Origin: Penicillus capitatus
Lineage: Eukaryota > Plantae > Chlorophyta
Length of the DNA: 64,000 nt
Assembly (NCBI GenBank): GCA_965649825.1
Contig: OZ287705.1
Span: forward strand, 310,001 to 374,000
Direction: 5' to 3'
Positions within the stretch are counted from its first letter, which is position 1, and every line of letters begins with the position of its first letter. The notes under the pieces are model-generated. The model did not search any database. It was not told where the DNA came from and worked only from the letters and a program-made list of their open reading frames with translations. The position numbers and the translations under genes are program-made. Positions 44,501 through 58,800 of the stretch are shown here, piece by piece.

Positions 44501-47500
44501 TGTCCTCAGAAGCTTTTTTTGTCGATTTGTTATTCATTGCGCGGATCTCTGTTCTCACGCGGACAGAATGATCTTGACAATTGAAGAGGTAAAATCCGAT
44601 GTTGTCGGAGTTCGACGTATTTCCCTTCGGCACAAGTTTCAACCTCCTGCGACAACAATCGCGTATGCAACCTGACGAGGGTAGAGCCAGGAGATGTCGT
44701 ACGCACCACTTGGTTTCTCCAATATTGAAAAACTCGGACCAAAGTACTGATGGACATAGACTTGGCAATCCCTTCAGCTTCCACTGCAGACATGAAATAA
44801 CGATGTGCATCGAAGAGGAAGAAGTCGAAATTACGGTGCATGTGGCTGTTTTTCGTTTCACTGAAACCGTCCATCGCTCATTGTCCTGAAGCTTGAGTCT
44901 GATCTCAGCACGCACGAGGAAAAAGTCCTTCTTCAAGAATCTCTCTGACGTATTGTTTACTCTCGCAGCAGAGCAAAGGGAGCGCCCCAAATTGTCCGCG
45001 CACGCAGCGGGAAAGAACTCTTCGAAGCCTCCTTCGAATAGAATAACAGTCGTTTGAGTGACTTTTATCTCCAGCGGATTCATCACCTCTGAATACACTA
45101 TTTTCATGTTCTTCGTTTACAATGGTAAAGCACCAATGAGCCGTTGCCCTGGTTAGGCCCTTGTTCCACAGGTAAACATCCAGGTTTCCATCAAAGTGGT
45201 TCCAAATTGACATACTCCTGAAACATCAACCGTCTTAAGGACGTCGTTATTGATGACTAATCTGACCATTCTCTGCGGTCTAGATCGAACGGATTGGTAT
45301 GGAAGCACGCATCAAATGTCCCCAGAAAGCTTCGAGGCACTCTGCACTGTGAAAGAGAAGAAACAGGTCACGACGCTGCGGCGGTTGTTTGGCAGACCGG
45401 ACTTCGTAGGTGGCGAAGTACTTGTACTTGTTCAGAACGAAAGTGTAAGAAATTGCATAGGTCATTTGTGGAGAGTAGGAGTAAAAATCTTTGTACACTT
45501 CACATCCCTCTACACTCAGAGACATTGATGCAGAAAAACGTTAATCGACGACAGACCTTCGACCTGCATCAGTTCGTGAGGGTCGGGCTCCTCCCATCGA
45601 CGAGGACTCTGGTTTAGACGTCTTGGTACGCGCATGATCTCCTCATCGAACTCTGCTTCATTAAACAGCTTTATCTTGATCTCGAACATCGTCCATCCAT
45701 CTTTGACAAAGCCCAAGGCTTCGTCCTCCAGTTGTCTCTTAAGGGATAAGTGAAGTAACCACATTTCAATCTCCCGACGGAGTACACTATGACACCCTGA
45801 ACTGCGCTTTGTGATGTGGGACACAGGAGACGAGGTTACTCTTTAATCTGACTCTGTTGGAGTCGGTATGACGGAGAAAGTTGACTTCCAAAAACATTCG
45901 GATGAGGTTCTCTGTGCTCTGCTTTCGAATGGAAATGCTTGGACGGCTCATCATAGTCGTGCCGTTGGCGTAAAAGAACACTTGCCTAGTAGTCACAGGG
46001 AAACTCGAAACGCACGCCATGGCACTCGGGAAACACTTACAGTGCTGAGTCTCCAACTCTGATGATTTCAGTCGCGACACGCCATGGACTCATTTCTCTC
46101 AGGAATCTCACCTTCCACTAGATTCCAGCTCCAGTGTGAGACGATGCATCTAAGCATTGAGCCAGGATACCTGGCAGGTTGCAGTGTTTCCATCCACGGT
46201 AACGTCACATATTTCATTATCTTCCTGTTTCACTCTCATATCCAGACGAACAAGAAAATAGCCACGAAGCAGGAATCCATCATCCGGTAACGCTGTCTTC
46301 GTGTATGGAAGAAGTTTGGCTTCGCAACAGTCATCGATGAACGAGAACTCATGAAGGGTGCCTGTCAAACACCTCTCAACTTCGAAGCATATGCAGAATC
46401 TGTCCTCCTTACCTGTGCCTTTACTCTGTCCCGCGTCGTTATAGTTCTCCACCAGCCAGAATCCAAGTTGCACTTCCACTTGAGTCTCATTCTTTGATAA
46501 AAGGCAAGCACACAGAGATCCGTTTTTATCGCGCTTCATTCCAATACACCTGGAACACGTCAGGTAGTCGACAAAACGGAAAAGTGTGTTCTTTGTACCA
46601 TAATCTGTCATCCACCTCGAATGCATTTGTGAAGATCTGTCCGTTCTCCTGTTTCAGAAAGGATTGATGCACTTTCCACTGTTCGAGCACAAACCGCCAT
46701 CGCAGTCAGATGGAGACTTTCAATCTCTCACTTCATAGCGTGCGAACCACTTGTTTCTTGTTAGCCTGTAGCAATGATCGATTTTATCAATCCGTCCAAC
46801 GCCCCCTGTCATAAGGCGATCAAGTGTTTGCCGTTCTTGGAAAACTGTCAGTACCTTGATGTTGGACTTCAGTGCCATCATCGATCTTGGGTAAACGATG
46901 CGTCGGAAGTCGTCTGAGAACTGAAGGCGGCGCGTTTCTAAAACCCTTGTCGCTCACCAGGGCGATCTTCACAGAGAGGTTCAGCCAGCCATCCTCCACT
47001 GCCGAAGACAACTCGTCCGACAAATCCTTCTCTTTGAGGCAGCGGACCAATCCCTTAGCGGCGCCAACGTTGATCAGCTCCGAAAACTCTGAAGAAAGGG
47101 GTCAAAACAATCTGATAGAGACGTAAAGAACTTGAGATGCTGTTGTCTGCAGAGGAATCACTTCGTCTAAGGCGGATTTCACCCTCAAAGCGAGCATTCC
47201 GGCCGCTCATATTCGCAAGAAGAATGCTCAGACCATCAGCACCGAAACCTCCTCCCTCCTTGCACAGCCTCAGCTCCCTATGCAGTGGACACGAGACCGA
47301 TCAGCATGGAACGCAAGGCAGCGTTATCCATAACTCACATGTCGCGGCCTGCGATGTTGAAGTGATCAGTTCTTACGATTGCTGGACTCATCTCCCAGAC
47401 ATGTTTAATGCTCCACTGACATGATCCACTTCTCGGCGATCAGAACGTGTTTTGTGAGACTTACTTCACACAACACTGTCCTCTTTCGAGTTGGCATCCT

Positions 47501-48180
47501 TCGACGATTGACAAATGTGGCAGATTCGTTATCTGGACTTCTTATCCTCAATTCCAATCGCAGCGTGAAGTGATCTTCCGTTAGGTATCCAAGAGAGGTT
47601 TCCCCGCTGGCCGATGCCATGTGAAAGGGATCGACCTTCTGGAACCTTCTACGCCGCCGACGCCGGCCATCAAAGAACTTTGCTGCAGGGACACACACGT
47701 CTTTGCAATGTATCCATGTCATGTCATCATACCTCTGACCAGATTTCTCCTTTCGTCGCCGTGGTGGACAAGAGTGAATGAAAAGTGCGCTTGCACAGAT
47801 GAAAACGTCTCCGACTGTAAACCAACGACTAATCTCTGCCGGAGTCGATGCCGAGCGAAAACACTCCTGGCCAGAGCGAAACGGATAAAGGGCCATGCCA
47901 ATCATTGCTCGACCTCACCATTTCTTGCCGCCGATGTCGAATATACTTGACTGTATCTTCCGATTCTCTTCATCAAATATAGAGCGGTGTACGTGCCACT
48001 GCGGAAGAGATGAAGGTTAGGATTATGACAGCACGAACGGAGAGGGCGACCTCGTAAACTCCATACCACAGACGCGTTCTTAGCGCGTACGAGTACTCCA
48101 CTCCGTCTGATGACCCGCACCCCTCTGCAGCGCTGAGTCGAAAACCGTAACTTGGAAAAAAACGAACCTGTAACTTGCAT
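41530..48180 (-). CDS. Multi-exon protein with several tandem MATH/TRAF domains followed by 5 MDM2-like (C2H2C4-type) RING repeats; putative E3 ligase
   Basis: MATH C-terminal signatures (LGYLTEDHFTL, GFLLRGYFLV, LGFVKDGWTMF, IGFLERGWVTL) and WKLKGL..SEFFNIG..W..RLKLVPKGN. The exon at ~44240-44443 runs from a MATH end directly into CESCQKDPTCSVRHGNT. The start, and whether all MATH exons belong to one gene, are uncertain. Confidence 0.75.
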
Positions 48181-50137
48181 GAAGCAACGTTGGAATTCGC
48201 TTCAAGGAACTGGGAAGACTTTCGACGAAGCCGAAAATTGAACAATCGAAACAATTCGGTGCTCGTGAAAACTCGCAGAGAAACCTCTTCAAGTCCGTTA
48301 AATACCCAAGTGCTGACGTGACACTATGTCCAATTGTCTGTGCCATGAAGCGATGCCAGCGAGGACAAGAATCTGCGTGGAAGCGCGAAAACTGCGAAGG
48401 AGAAGCGTGGAGCGAAGGAGAAGAGAGAATGGCCCTCCAGTCCCTTCCCACGAAGGCACAGCGGTCTGGAAATCGCGAGAGCATTCGGTACATCGTCGTT
48501 CTGTCCTTGAACCAACGAACGATGTCTGACCTTTCGAAGGTAGCGGGAGAGTTGTTCGTTGCGCAGGGGCTGCCCTTTTCAGAACACCAGGAGGTTATCG
48601 GTGGGCAATACAAGACAGATAGCACCTCCCACACATCTCTGAATCCAGCATTGGTCTTTTTTCTAGACAAATCTCGCGGCGGCGCCGTTCGAGCGAGTGA
48701 GTGGAAGAGAGAACAAGGTGCTGCAGACGAGACGCCTCGCACTTGGCACTAAATCATAATCAATGCGACAAGGCTGATGTTCTCTACTCAAATCCCCGCC
48801 GAAAACCATGATACCAAAGGGTGAAAAGTGATGCACCCCCAGGCTGCTGCGTGCGCATGTTCACGCTTCTACCAATAATGCCAGTTTTGAGTTTGCCGTC
48901 ACGCAGCCAGAGGGATCTGCAGGGCAGAGGAGAGCGGCATTGGGAGTTCATGATTGTGCAAGACAATCACAACAGACGTTGTTGTCATCCCATCTGTCGG
49001 ATCAGCGAAACCGTATGCGTGGAGGTGAGGCAGCGATCAACACTGGAGATCGTCGTCTGGTAAACTTGGTGCAGTCAGTCCGTGCGTGTTGGATAGAAGG
49101 GAAAGAATACAGACGAGCAATCAAATGCATTAATTTGACACTGAATTTGAGACTGTGTTCTTGTGTTCTTGCTATCATCAGTCTTATGTGCTTCACTCAA
49201 TGCAGTGAAATGACAAACCAGTTATAGACTCCATCATCGGAAATGATTCCTTACATTCGGCCGGTTCAAGTAGAATGATAAGAACACGCTGAAGATGCGA
49301 ACCTGATTCGACCGATTGCACGTTTCCGCGGTACAGTCTTCGCTGATGAAGATCTTTGCTGTATTCTTCTCCAGGCACGGGGCAACTGTTTTGACAGACT
49401 TCATATATCTGTGCTTAGTTTAGACTCTGTGCTGTGCGCGTCTTTCGCTCAGTCGAGGGCTAAACACCAAGTCTCTACGCTTCGAATAACTGTCTTCCTC
49501 GTCGCTCAGCAAGATCTCCCTCACGGTCTCGATCACTTCAAGCTGCACAGACCGTCGTCGAGATTAAGGGATGCAGACGCAGATGTCAGGTCCACCTCGC
49601 AACGGCACATTCACTGAGCTGTCTGCGGGACACGCGTACTGGACGCAAGTACACGGCCACAACAAGCCGAGACATAGAAGCAAAGAAGTCGCACAGATTT
49701 CGCGCCAAGCACCTTCACAGCGCGCACAGATTTTTCGTGTTACTGACGTACCAGGAATCGACGTCGGTCTTTGCTGTCGTCCTATCCATCGCTGTCCACT
49801 CGCTTCAGGTCCACGTCAGACGCAATGAGGAGCTGTGAGAAGTTTCCGCTTTAGGGACTCCGGCGAAACGATCGCGAACATGACTGACGCGGCCGAATGA
49901 CGTAAAGCAAAGCCAGCTGTCTTGCATAACCGCACAACTTCTAAGCTGCATGCGCATGATTCGGCAGCAGCGAACTGTATAGTCCGACAGCCTTGGCGTT
50001 CAGCAGTCCTTTTCATAGTCGATCTTCTCTGTAGACATGTCTTATCTCGTGACTCCGTTCGAGAAAAAGATACTTTCAAGTGAAAATGGCAGCTGTGCTG
50101 TGTACTTGGCTGAACGACATAATCCTCCAGGAGACGA

Positions 50138-52318
50138 ATGGACGACGCATGTCCGCAACGGTCCTTTTGTCATCGACAGCACAGGCAAAGCTCCTTTACA
50201 TCCTTGCCGAACAAACGAACTGATGATGTGTTTGAAACCGAAGACTGGCAACGCACGAGGCACGACGACCAGCACGCGCCGCTCCTTCCTTCTAGCGCCC
50301 GTTCGTCGTCGATAGAATTACTGCGCCAGCTGCTGCTTAGCTCTTCGCGGAAAGAAGCCTCTTCTGGCAGGTACGCGAGTGCCGTCTGCCGTTCGGAGCC
50401 GACAGCCTTGGACATTCGTGTCGTGTCCAGTGTGGAGGAGAGTCCGACAGGCAACCCGTTAGCTGTGCTGGAATTGCTCTCACCCGGCGTCGTGTTCGCC
50501 CAGCGGTGACATCCATGATATCATTCAAGTCCTTCTTTGCTATCCTCTTGTCATTAGATACATTATTCAGCAAAAGAGTGGTCCACTGGAGCCGCATCGT
50601 CGCTATGGCTACGATTGCAAGACAGGAAAGAAGGTGGTTCTGAATTTCTATCTAAGCCACTTAGATTTCGTAGAGTCCTTTCGAAATCACATCACTCTGG
50701 CAGACGAAAAGTGCATGAGCAGGTTGGGTCCCCTCACTCGTCTTTCGCTGCGTCGTTAACTGTGTGAGCGTGCGCTAGCGTTGTGGATGTCATCGACAAT
50801 CACCTGAGCTTTCCGCCTTGCATCATCGTCGAACGTGGCGACATGCTCCTCTCCGAAATGCTGTCGACGATGCTGGACTGCACAGCCGCCGAGCTCAGAG
50901 GCCAGCTCCCTTCGGTAAGTCCACATCAATGCCTCTATGATCACACAGTGAGTGTCTGTTATTGTAGATTCTCAGAACTGTAGAGAGGCTTCACAGCAAA
51001 GGATTCGTCCATGGGAGTCTGCATCCCGATAACATCTCTTTCTTCTGTGCCGAAAATCGCTGGAGACTGATCGACACTGGAAGCACGAGACAAAGCGGCT
51101 ATCGATTCTGCATCCCTCCAGTCGATAACATATATGCTGCTCCGGAGATCTCAGCGGCGAGGAAGGCAGGGATGACGCATATACGCCTGGATCCGACAGC
51201 AGATATGTGGTCCTTTGGCCTCATTGCCTTTGAAGTCCTCACACGTACGGACGCTACACCCATCGATTCAAGGGTTTCGAGACCACGCCTCTGCTGATTT
51301 TTAGGTTCACGTATTTACGATGTGGATGGCGTGCAGAATCTCGTCGATCCTGTCGCAGCGAGCTCCTGCCGCCAGCAAGTTATTCTGCGTCTCTTCGGCG
51401 GCATCAGCAAAAGCCCCGCGTTCAATTTGGATCCCCAGACGCAGCGGTTCCTGAATACCTTACTTCGCAGCCAAAGGAGCATCCGAGCGACAGCGTCGCG
51501 TGCCCAGAAACTATTAAACGCTCCGCACATTTCACGTCCGTGGCCAAGCTTCGATCGCATTCTGAACGTGCGTTCGATCCGAGACCCATCAATCGCTGCA
51601 AAGCATTCGGATGTGTCTGTAGATGCGAAAGCGCTATGACGAGTTGTCGACGTCTGCGCTTCAGGGAAAGATGATTGGTCGCGTTCTGCAACTCGGGCTG
51701 GCCTTTTCTATAACAATCGAAGAATTTGAACCCTACGAAAGAGAATCCGTCAATCCTAGAACGTTTCACACAACCCGGGCATGCACAGGGCTTATCACTC
51801 AAGACAGTTTTGTGAAGAGAGAAGACATCCGTATTCTCAATGCCAGCACGCCATATCGTTTGAAGATTGTTCCGAACCGGCCTGATGGAGCCGATAACAA
51901 GATCGAACGCGTGACTGCCGTCTCCATCAAGACACCGAAAGGAGACTTTGTCGAACTCGATCACTGGACGGACGACGCTACGAGTGACGATAGAGTCTTG
52001 GCTTTCCTCGATCCAGAGAAACAAGAAGGTTTGGAGGAGCTTCGCCGTCCGTGCCCCTTGTTCGGCGACGTGGATAAGAGATTTCTGCTGGTGAAGATAA
52101 AGATCGAGGTCACGTTTGAAGGACTGTCGGAACCAGCAATCTCTGAGCAACTCATCCTTTGCAGGGTGGTCGGCCGCCACAGAAGACTTCTTTGTCAAAG
52201 GGCGGCACGTTTTGTGCAGAAGAGCATGGGCAAACTCCCCCCGGGCGTTCGAAAGATTGGCAGAAAGGCGATTCGATTCGTGAAGATCCCTGCAAGGCGT
52301 CTCCTTGGCCTGGTATAA
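50138..52318 (+). CDS. Multi-exon predicted pseudokinase K5 with the recurrent C-terminal domain
   Basis: Motifs KVVLNF, FPPCIIVERG, HGSLHPDNISF, LIDTG, YAAPE and DMWSFGLIAFEVLT. The domain lies in ORF 51623-52318. The start is uncertain. Confidence 0.8.
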
Positions 52319-53287
52319 AGCATGCTGATCGATAGACAACAGAGAATCGGCATCGACCTGGCGAATATATGAAGAAGCGAAATTCACGTTTACGGTTAAC
52401 ATTCATCGCTCTGTGCGATCTCCACTGAATTTTTGTTGCATCTTTGTTCCCCGACGAAGTTCATTGTATCTTCTACATAACAATATTGCTTCCGATACCC
52501 TCTACTTGTGCGTGTATAAGCACAGATTTCTTCTCGTGAGATATACATTCGTTTTCCACATTTGATTTAACGAATCCATCGGTCGCTTATGTGCGTATCT
52601 ATGCCTCTGTCACGATAATCGCCCAGTTGTGCTCGTTGGCTATGGTAACCTGCGCCGCCAATCCTGCTGCGCACACCATTCAAAGCACTCACTCCTCTTC
52701 CGTCCGTCGACACTCTTTCACGTCTATTCTGAGATGACTCGGGAATGTGGACGGGCTTTCCTCCGTTGCGACGAGCGTCGAACGCTTGCAATGCTCGTGA
52801 TCTGTCGAGTCGAACGCGCCTCTGAACGCAAGCATGACCAGACGCTTCAAACAAGAGTTGCTCTCACACAACTGGGCGCCGACATTCGCGGCGAACTTGA
52901 CATACGGTTGCAGAGTTGGACACTGTTTGCTGGATTCGCTCTGCTCGGACAGAGCGAGAAGAGAGAAGAAAAAGCCATTCGATAGCGGCATGACAAGCAC
53001 AACTCGTGGCAAGAATAGAAACATAAACAATCAAGCCGGCAACGGTGTGTTGGCCACCGAGAGCATGAAAACCACAAGAACGGCGAGAAAATAAAAAACA
53101 CTGAATATCGGACAAGCCAGCACAACATCAGGGACATCGAAAACAGCAGCCGCCAAAAATCGCCCTCGACTCGCGGTCATCACTGGCGTCTGCTGTATGC
53201 ATGCTCACAACTTAATGATCCGTTAAGTACGTCGTCAACGACGCATCTTAGCGGAAAACAGAAAAGGAGATGGCGAGATCGGACTGG

Positions 53288-53848
53288 CTACTTGTCATAG
53301 GTAGCAGTTACGTTGTAGGGAGTCGTCGGGTTGAGGGTTCCGTTGATAGTACGCAGTCCAGTACCCGCCATGCTGGTCGGGTCAAGCACGGAAAAGAGGA
53401 ACGAAAAGACTATGTTCTGACTTGGTATGATGAGGGAACCCGCGTACACACATGTCGTCTCGTTGAATTGTGCCACCGAGGTGAAAGGAGTCGAAGGGGG
53501 CGGCGGCCAAATCGGAAGAATAACGTACCCCGTCCCTGCGATGTGTTAGCGTGAGCGAATATGAGAGCTGTGAATACCGTTATAGATGCCTTCGGCCACG
53601 GCGGATATGTCGACGTGGTACTCAAGAGGGTCTCCCGCGGCTTGCCCTGTCCAATTCCCATTTTTCGGAGGTTCGCATGGCGGTGCGTTGAGCTCGGCAG
53701 ATCCCGAAGCCCTTGAAACCTTCACCTCATCTACTACGTACGCTTCCGCAGCCGTCCAGAAGGCGGCGGTCGTTACGAGGGCGACGATGAAAACTACACA
53801 CAGATAAGGATGCCTTGTCGGGTTGGACAGCACAAGGTGCTGTGACAT
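53288..53848 (-). CDS. Small secreted protein of unknown function (2 exons, ~170 aa)
   Basis: The signal-like MSQHLVLSNPTRHPYLCVVFIVALVTTAAFWTAAEA is followed by a GT-AG intron at ~53574-53533. Exon 2 ends ...NVTATYDK* and carries several N-x-S/T sequons. Confidence 0.6.
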
Positions 53849-55569
53849 TCGCCTTACGTTTGAGAAGGGCCATGGCGGTCGTTTTCGAACAGATCTTTCG
53901 CGAGACAGCTGTGCTGTGAGAAACGGCAGAAGTGTTCGGTCTTCGAGGCGGAGAAGAAAGACGAACACGCGTTTGAGGTTCAGACGTGAGGACACCTCCG
54001 TCGGAGTTTATATAGCAGTCATGACTAATTGTTACGTGTGTTGCACGTGGTCGACATGCAAGGTCGGGCGACGAAGAAACCACATGAACGTGCTGTCATC
54101 CACGCATGCTGTGGCTGTGCGATTCGAACTGAAGGGACACTTCTTCCGCCAGTAGGCAACGCAACATGCTTCCCGACGTGCGCTGACCCCCAGCTACGAC
54201 ACCAGGAAGCTAAACGCTCTGTCTAGAGGTGATTTTCTCTTACCTGATCCCATATGAGAAAGATAGATGCAGAGAAGTGCATCCCTTCGAGCCAAAACTG
54301 CCGCAAAATGCTTCTTTAGCACTGAAGATTCAGACAGAGCTATACAGACTTACCTCTAAGATGAGCAGCAATGATGCATCTGTCATGTCAAGAGTACGTT
54401 TGCCTTCTATACTAAGTGTGTCTGCGCATAGGAGCATGCGTCATGTGAGAAGTTTATTGACTGCACGGATACTGCTTGATGGTGATCAGGTGATGCCGCA
54501 TTCAGCTGCAGAGACTCAAGAGTGAGACGCAGAAGATGCTGCTTTTCTGCTGCTCGTGCGCCAGTCTGCAAGGCAGAGATTAAGAGGAGATGTTGCTCGG
54601 TAAATGCCTGCTTGTGTCAAAATCTCTGAGACATTTCTCAAGTTTGCATCGAACAAGGCGCCAGACAAGTCGGAGACAGAGAGCGTGATCACGTCAGTTT
54701 GAAAGGGTTCACACTTTGCCGTGACCACTGCAGTGTAAACATACCCTCGTTCTCGCTTGCATCGTCTCCGATAGCTTCGACAGACCTGTCACATCACAGC
54801 TACCTCCGATGGCGTACAGTTAGTCGTCCATTCGCGTTTAAACAACGTGTTTCGTATCCAACCGCGATATGCTTACTCGTATATTTCGCCGAAGTAACTT
54901 GGGCAATGCATTTCTTCGTTATCCTGGCGCGCTTCATCGTAGAGCCCTCTACTGGAACAGCACAACACAGCCGTGGAAGAAAATTCGGCTATTTGCTAAA
55001 GAGATGTTTCCGTAGCCGCCGCTCGTCATCTTCACACCGTCTGTCTTTTCGACACTCGCGGCGCCGGCCCAACCGTTGTTTTTTTACAGGAAATTCCACT
55101 TCCAACCACACGCCAGACACCGTCGACGCTAGCAATTCTGAAGGCCGAAGTCGTCGAGCAGAGGTTCGACGCGGATGTCGGAATGGAGTCGCCGAATCTT
55201 CGGAAACGAACGCTCAAAACGACGCGCCTCCGGAGAACAGCGCTCCGATGACATCATCTCCGTCGAACGACATTCCGCCGCCCACCGACGAACCTCCTGT
55301 CGCCAACGACACGGAACAGGACGCGGCACAGGCGTCGACGCAAAGCGGTGCATCCCGTTTCGTTTGTTTGATGGATGGCCTCGGTTGTCTCTACTAGGTA
55401 GTCTCCAACCTGGTGGTACCTCAGCGAGCCATGCAGAAGGATCCCAGAGCCGCGCAGACGTGATCGTGCTTCTGCTCTCTCACACATGTCACTCTAAACA
55501 GGTGGCGTTCGTTGGCAGGTATCTTCTGGCGGGTTACTATTCGGTCAGGAACACATCACTGCTGAGGGG

Positions 55570-56238
55570 TTGTGGGAGCTGTTCAAGGAGACACTGAAGA
55601 TCGAGCCGACGGTGTACGTCTTTACAAAGGACAGTGACGTAAAGGACGATTTTTCGCAGCGAGCAGCACATCTCGCGCAGTCTTTCTCAGATAAGCGCCT
55701 CGAAGATGCCCGCGTCTTCGTGAGAAAGACAGGGAGCTTTGGACGGCTCGTCCTCTCGTGCGAGAACGCAAACTGTTTCGACATTGCGGTGCGGGTAACG
55801 AATGTGACCGTCCGAATCAAACAGGCAGGAGATCTGGCACAGCCTCTCGATTTCGAGCACGATTCAGTGTCGAAGCCGCGGAAGATTGTGATCCCCCTGG
55901 ACGGCGACGTCTTTGGGTGCAAAGCTATGAACACACCCTGTCTAGAAGGCCGCGCCGTTGAAGACAAGTATGTGAAGATGGTGGTTCAGGTCAGCTTCGT
56001 CGTCGGAGAGAACGAAGACGCCGAGGGAACTAAAGCGATTCCGATATACTTCAAGATCCACAGCGGATGTCTTCAGGAGCGTCTGGTGCTGCGATGGAAG
56101 CATCTCAAGGAGAAAGTTCCGCAGGTTTTCAGGGCGGCGACCCAGGCTACGGAAAATGCGACGCGCGGCCGCATCTGGTCGCCAGCAACCAGGGGAATGA
56201 CGGGGACAGGTCGACGGCCAGCTGGCGGAAACCCATAG
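55570..56238 (+). CDS. Exon encoding a divergent stand-alone copy of the recurrent domain (5' exons probably from ~54940)
   Basis: Motifs VYVFTKDS..DDF, GRLVL, VRIK and MNTPC..G..EDKYVKM..IYFKI. Confidence 0.7.
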   Translation: MWELFKETLKIEPTVYVFTKDSDVKDDFSQRAAHLAQSFSDKRLEDARVFVRKTGSFGRLVLSCENANCFDIAVRVTNVTVRIKQAGDLAQPLDFEHDSVSKPRKIVIPLDGDVFGCKAMNTPCLEGRAVEDKYVKMVVQVSFVVGENEDAEGTKAIPIYFKIHSGCLQERLVLRWKHLKEKVPQVFRAATQATENATRGRIWSPATRGMTGTGRRPAGGNP

Positions 56239-57504
56239 GGATTCATTGTGGCGCGCGCACTGTCTCGATTGTGGCGCAGACGGGAGGCGGCAGGACGCGA
56301 TCTGCTATGCTGCATAAATTGCTGTACAAAACGCGATCCGTGCGATGCTCCGATCGCCATCTCACGCACTCTTCGAAGAATTCAGCACGGTGTCCACGCA
56401 TCTATCTGTCGCTCTGTACAGAAGACAGTGATGTGTGATGCCTCATTGGTGTGACATCGGATCTCAGACGGCATCTGTTTTCGTGACTACGGCACAACCG
56501 TTCTCCCCGTTATCACATTTCGCATCGAAGATATCATTATTTCCTTGCACATTTGATGATCTTCTGTCGCAAGATCGAATCCGACTTGGTCATTCATGAG
56601 TTTTTCGTGCGTCCCGAGTTAAGCTCACATGTCCGTAAAGTCGTTTCCCATCCCGACAGATGCTCACGTTGTATAAAAGCGCATCACGAATCCAGTCACA
56701 CTATCATGTCTCTTCGTATACATTGTTTGTGTAGTCGTCACACTCCGTCTGTGGTTTGTCTTAATGTGCGCAGCTGGGCTGATTGTTGATGCGCGTGCGA
56801 TCTCTCAGAGATGCAAAAGACACAGCCGATGACGGATGGGTCCATCCATTCCCTGCAGCGCAACGCCTCTTTTTTAGCGTTCCTTACTTCGGCAGTGCGC
56901 TCTGTTCACAAAACGCAGTACTTAATACATCTGTGGAATACCGTCGACATCCTTTCCACCGTTTTCGTAACGATCCGTGCACAGTGAAAAATAGAATCGG
57001 ACTTTGCAACAGGTCGTAACAATGGCAATGTACTTAACGGGTCTATTTTCTTAAGGGCCACAGTCGATGCATTGCATCTATCGGAATAACACAACAACAG
57101 AAGCGGAGCCTGTTCGCAACCATAGCAAACGCTTGCCAAGCACCACTTATCCACCCGCGTAAAAGCTGAATGCGCTGTTCTTTACGCCATCGTTCTTTCA
57201 GAAGACACCGCTACTGTATCGTGCACGCAAGTCCATTTGTCTATTTAATCGAATTCAGAAGCGTCTTTATATTCAGCAAGAAACGTGTGGCGATAATTTT
57301 TCCGTTGTGGCAAATTTCCTTCGAGAGGGATGCGTTATATCCTAGGTCGATTCTTCCAGATAAAGGGCAGTTCCCGCCGAAGGCCGCTGCATTCCCCTCC
57401 CTCAGCGCTATTCCCACACCGTTTGCCTTTTTAACGCGCACGCCCTTCGTTCAAATGCGTTTCTTTGCGCAGCAACCAGCAGCCGATTCTCGGACCTGTC
57501 GGCG

Positions 57505-58639
57505 TTGGCGGAGGCAGACAACCACGAAGGTTCACGATGTCGGATACACAATGAACGTAAATGTCTCGTGAATCTCGCAGAACTGCCAACGACAGGCGCC
57601 GCGCAAAGCGTAGTGAGACGAAGTGCCTCGTTGGACGACGATATTCGAACGACCGAAGCTCTGGCGGGCGATACCTCTCTCCTGAACAATGTTGCGCGGA
57701 ACGCAGTTTCGACCTTTAGAGAAGCAAACAGTGCGTTCCTTCTCGCTTCGCAAGTCCACACTTCATTGGTTGCGTCCCCTTTAGCTCATGGATATGCCAT
57801 TGACGCGGACGCGGTTCAGTCACCGCCTCAAGGAAATGCGGTACGACTCCAGAGGCCCCTTATGATCATTCCCTCTAATATGAAAGCATTTTTAGGCTTC
57901 TTCTGGAGGCGGATCGTCAACAGGACGTCCATTCACTCAGATCATCGCGAATGAGGTTGTCAAGATTGTTCTCGATCCCAGTCTACACCTCTTCACGAAA
58001 GACAGCAATCACGAGGACGACTTCTGCAAGAGAAAGGCAAGAGAGGCTTGCCGGCTGAATGATCGAAACTTCCCCGGCGCCTACGTATGTCGAACAAATA
58101 TCGGCGACATTGGAAGACTCGTTCTGCATTATCGCATACATAGCTGTCAGACGCCAAGAGACTGTCAGATACCGGAATGCTGCGACATCCCTTTGCGAGC
58201 TACTGGCGTGGCGATTAAGATCAATAGACATCCTTGGCAGAACTCACTGGAGTTCGAACAAGGTCTGAACTCAGAGAATCGGCGGGTAATCGTGGCGCAT
58301 CTTACCAAAGACGCTTTCGGAGTCGAAGACATGCGCACGCCCTCGCGTAGACGTAGAGGCAATCTGTCAGAAAAGTATGTCCATATACGCGTCAGGGTCG
58401 ATTTTGGCATCGGCGAAGGAGAGTCGTGTGTCGGGACAACAGTAGAAACCGAGATGCGCTGCAGAGTCTGCTGCGGAGATTTTTTGAGATTGGGCAGACG
58501 ACTCGTCTCAGGAATGCATGTCCGTCTGCCACAAGTAGCGAGAGACGTCGCCACGTATGTCGATGAAAAGACGCGTGCCATCTGGCGATTGCCAAAGAAT
58601 GTGATCAGGTGGCGTCCCCGACGGGAGGAGGCATCGTGA
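57505..58639 (+). CDS. Stand-alone recurrent-domain gene, duplication copy 1
   Basis: An N-terminal exon (TEALAGDTS..) is followed by an open frame from the acceptor at ~57941: LFTKDSNHEDDF..CQIPECCDIP..KYVHIRV..MRCRV. Confidence 0.7.
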
Positions 58640-58800
58640 GCGTGCCCCGGAGGAGTGACCGCGCTCACAGCTAGACTTCGGTGTGAGACCATCTCATCCA
58701 ATACATCACTCTTTATCTGCCAAAGTGTGACCCGAAACGCCGAAGACCGTTCGGACAGGCACTCCACCTTATCGTACGGAATGGTATTTCGATCGCCGTG

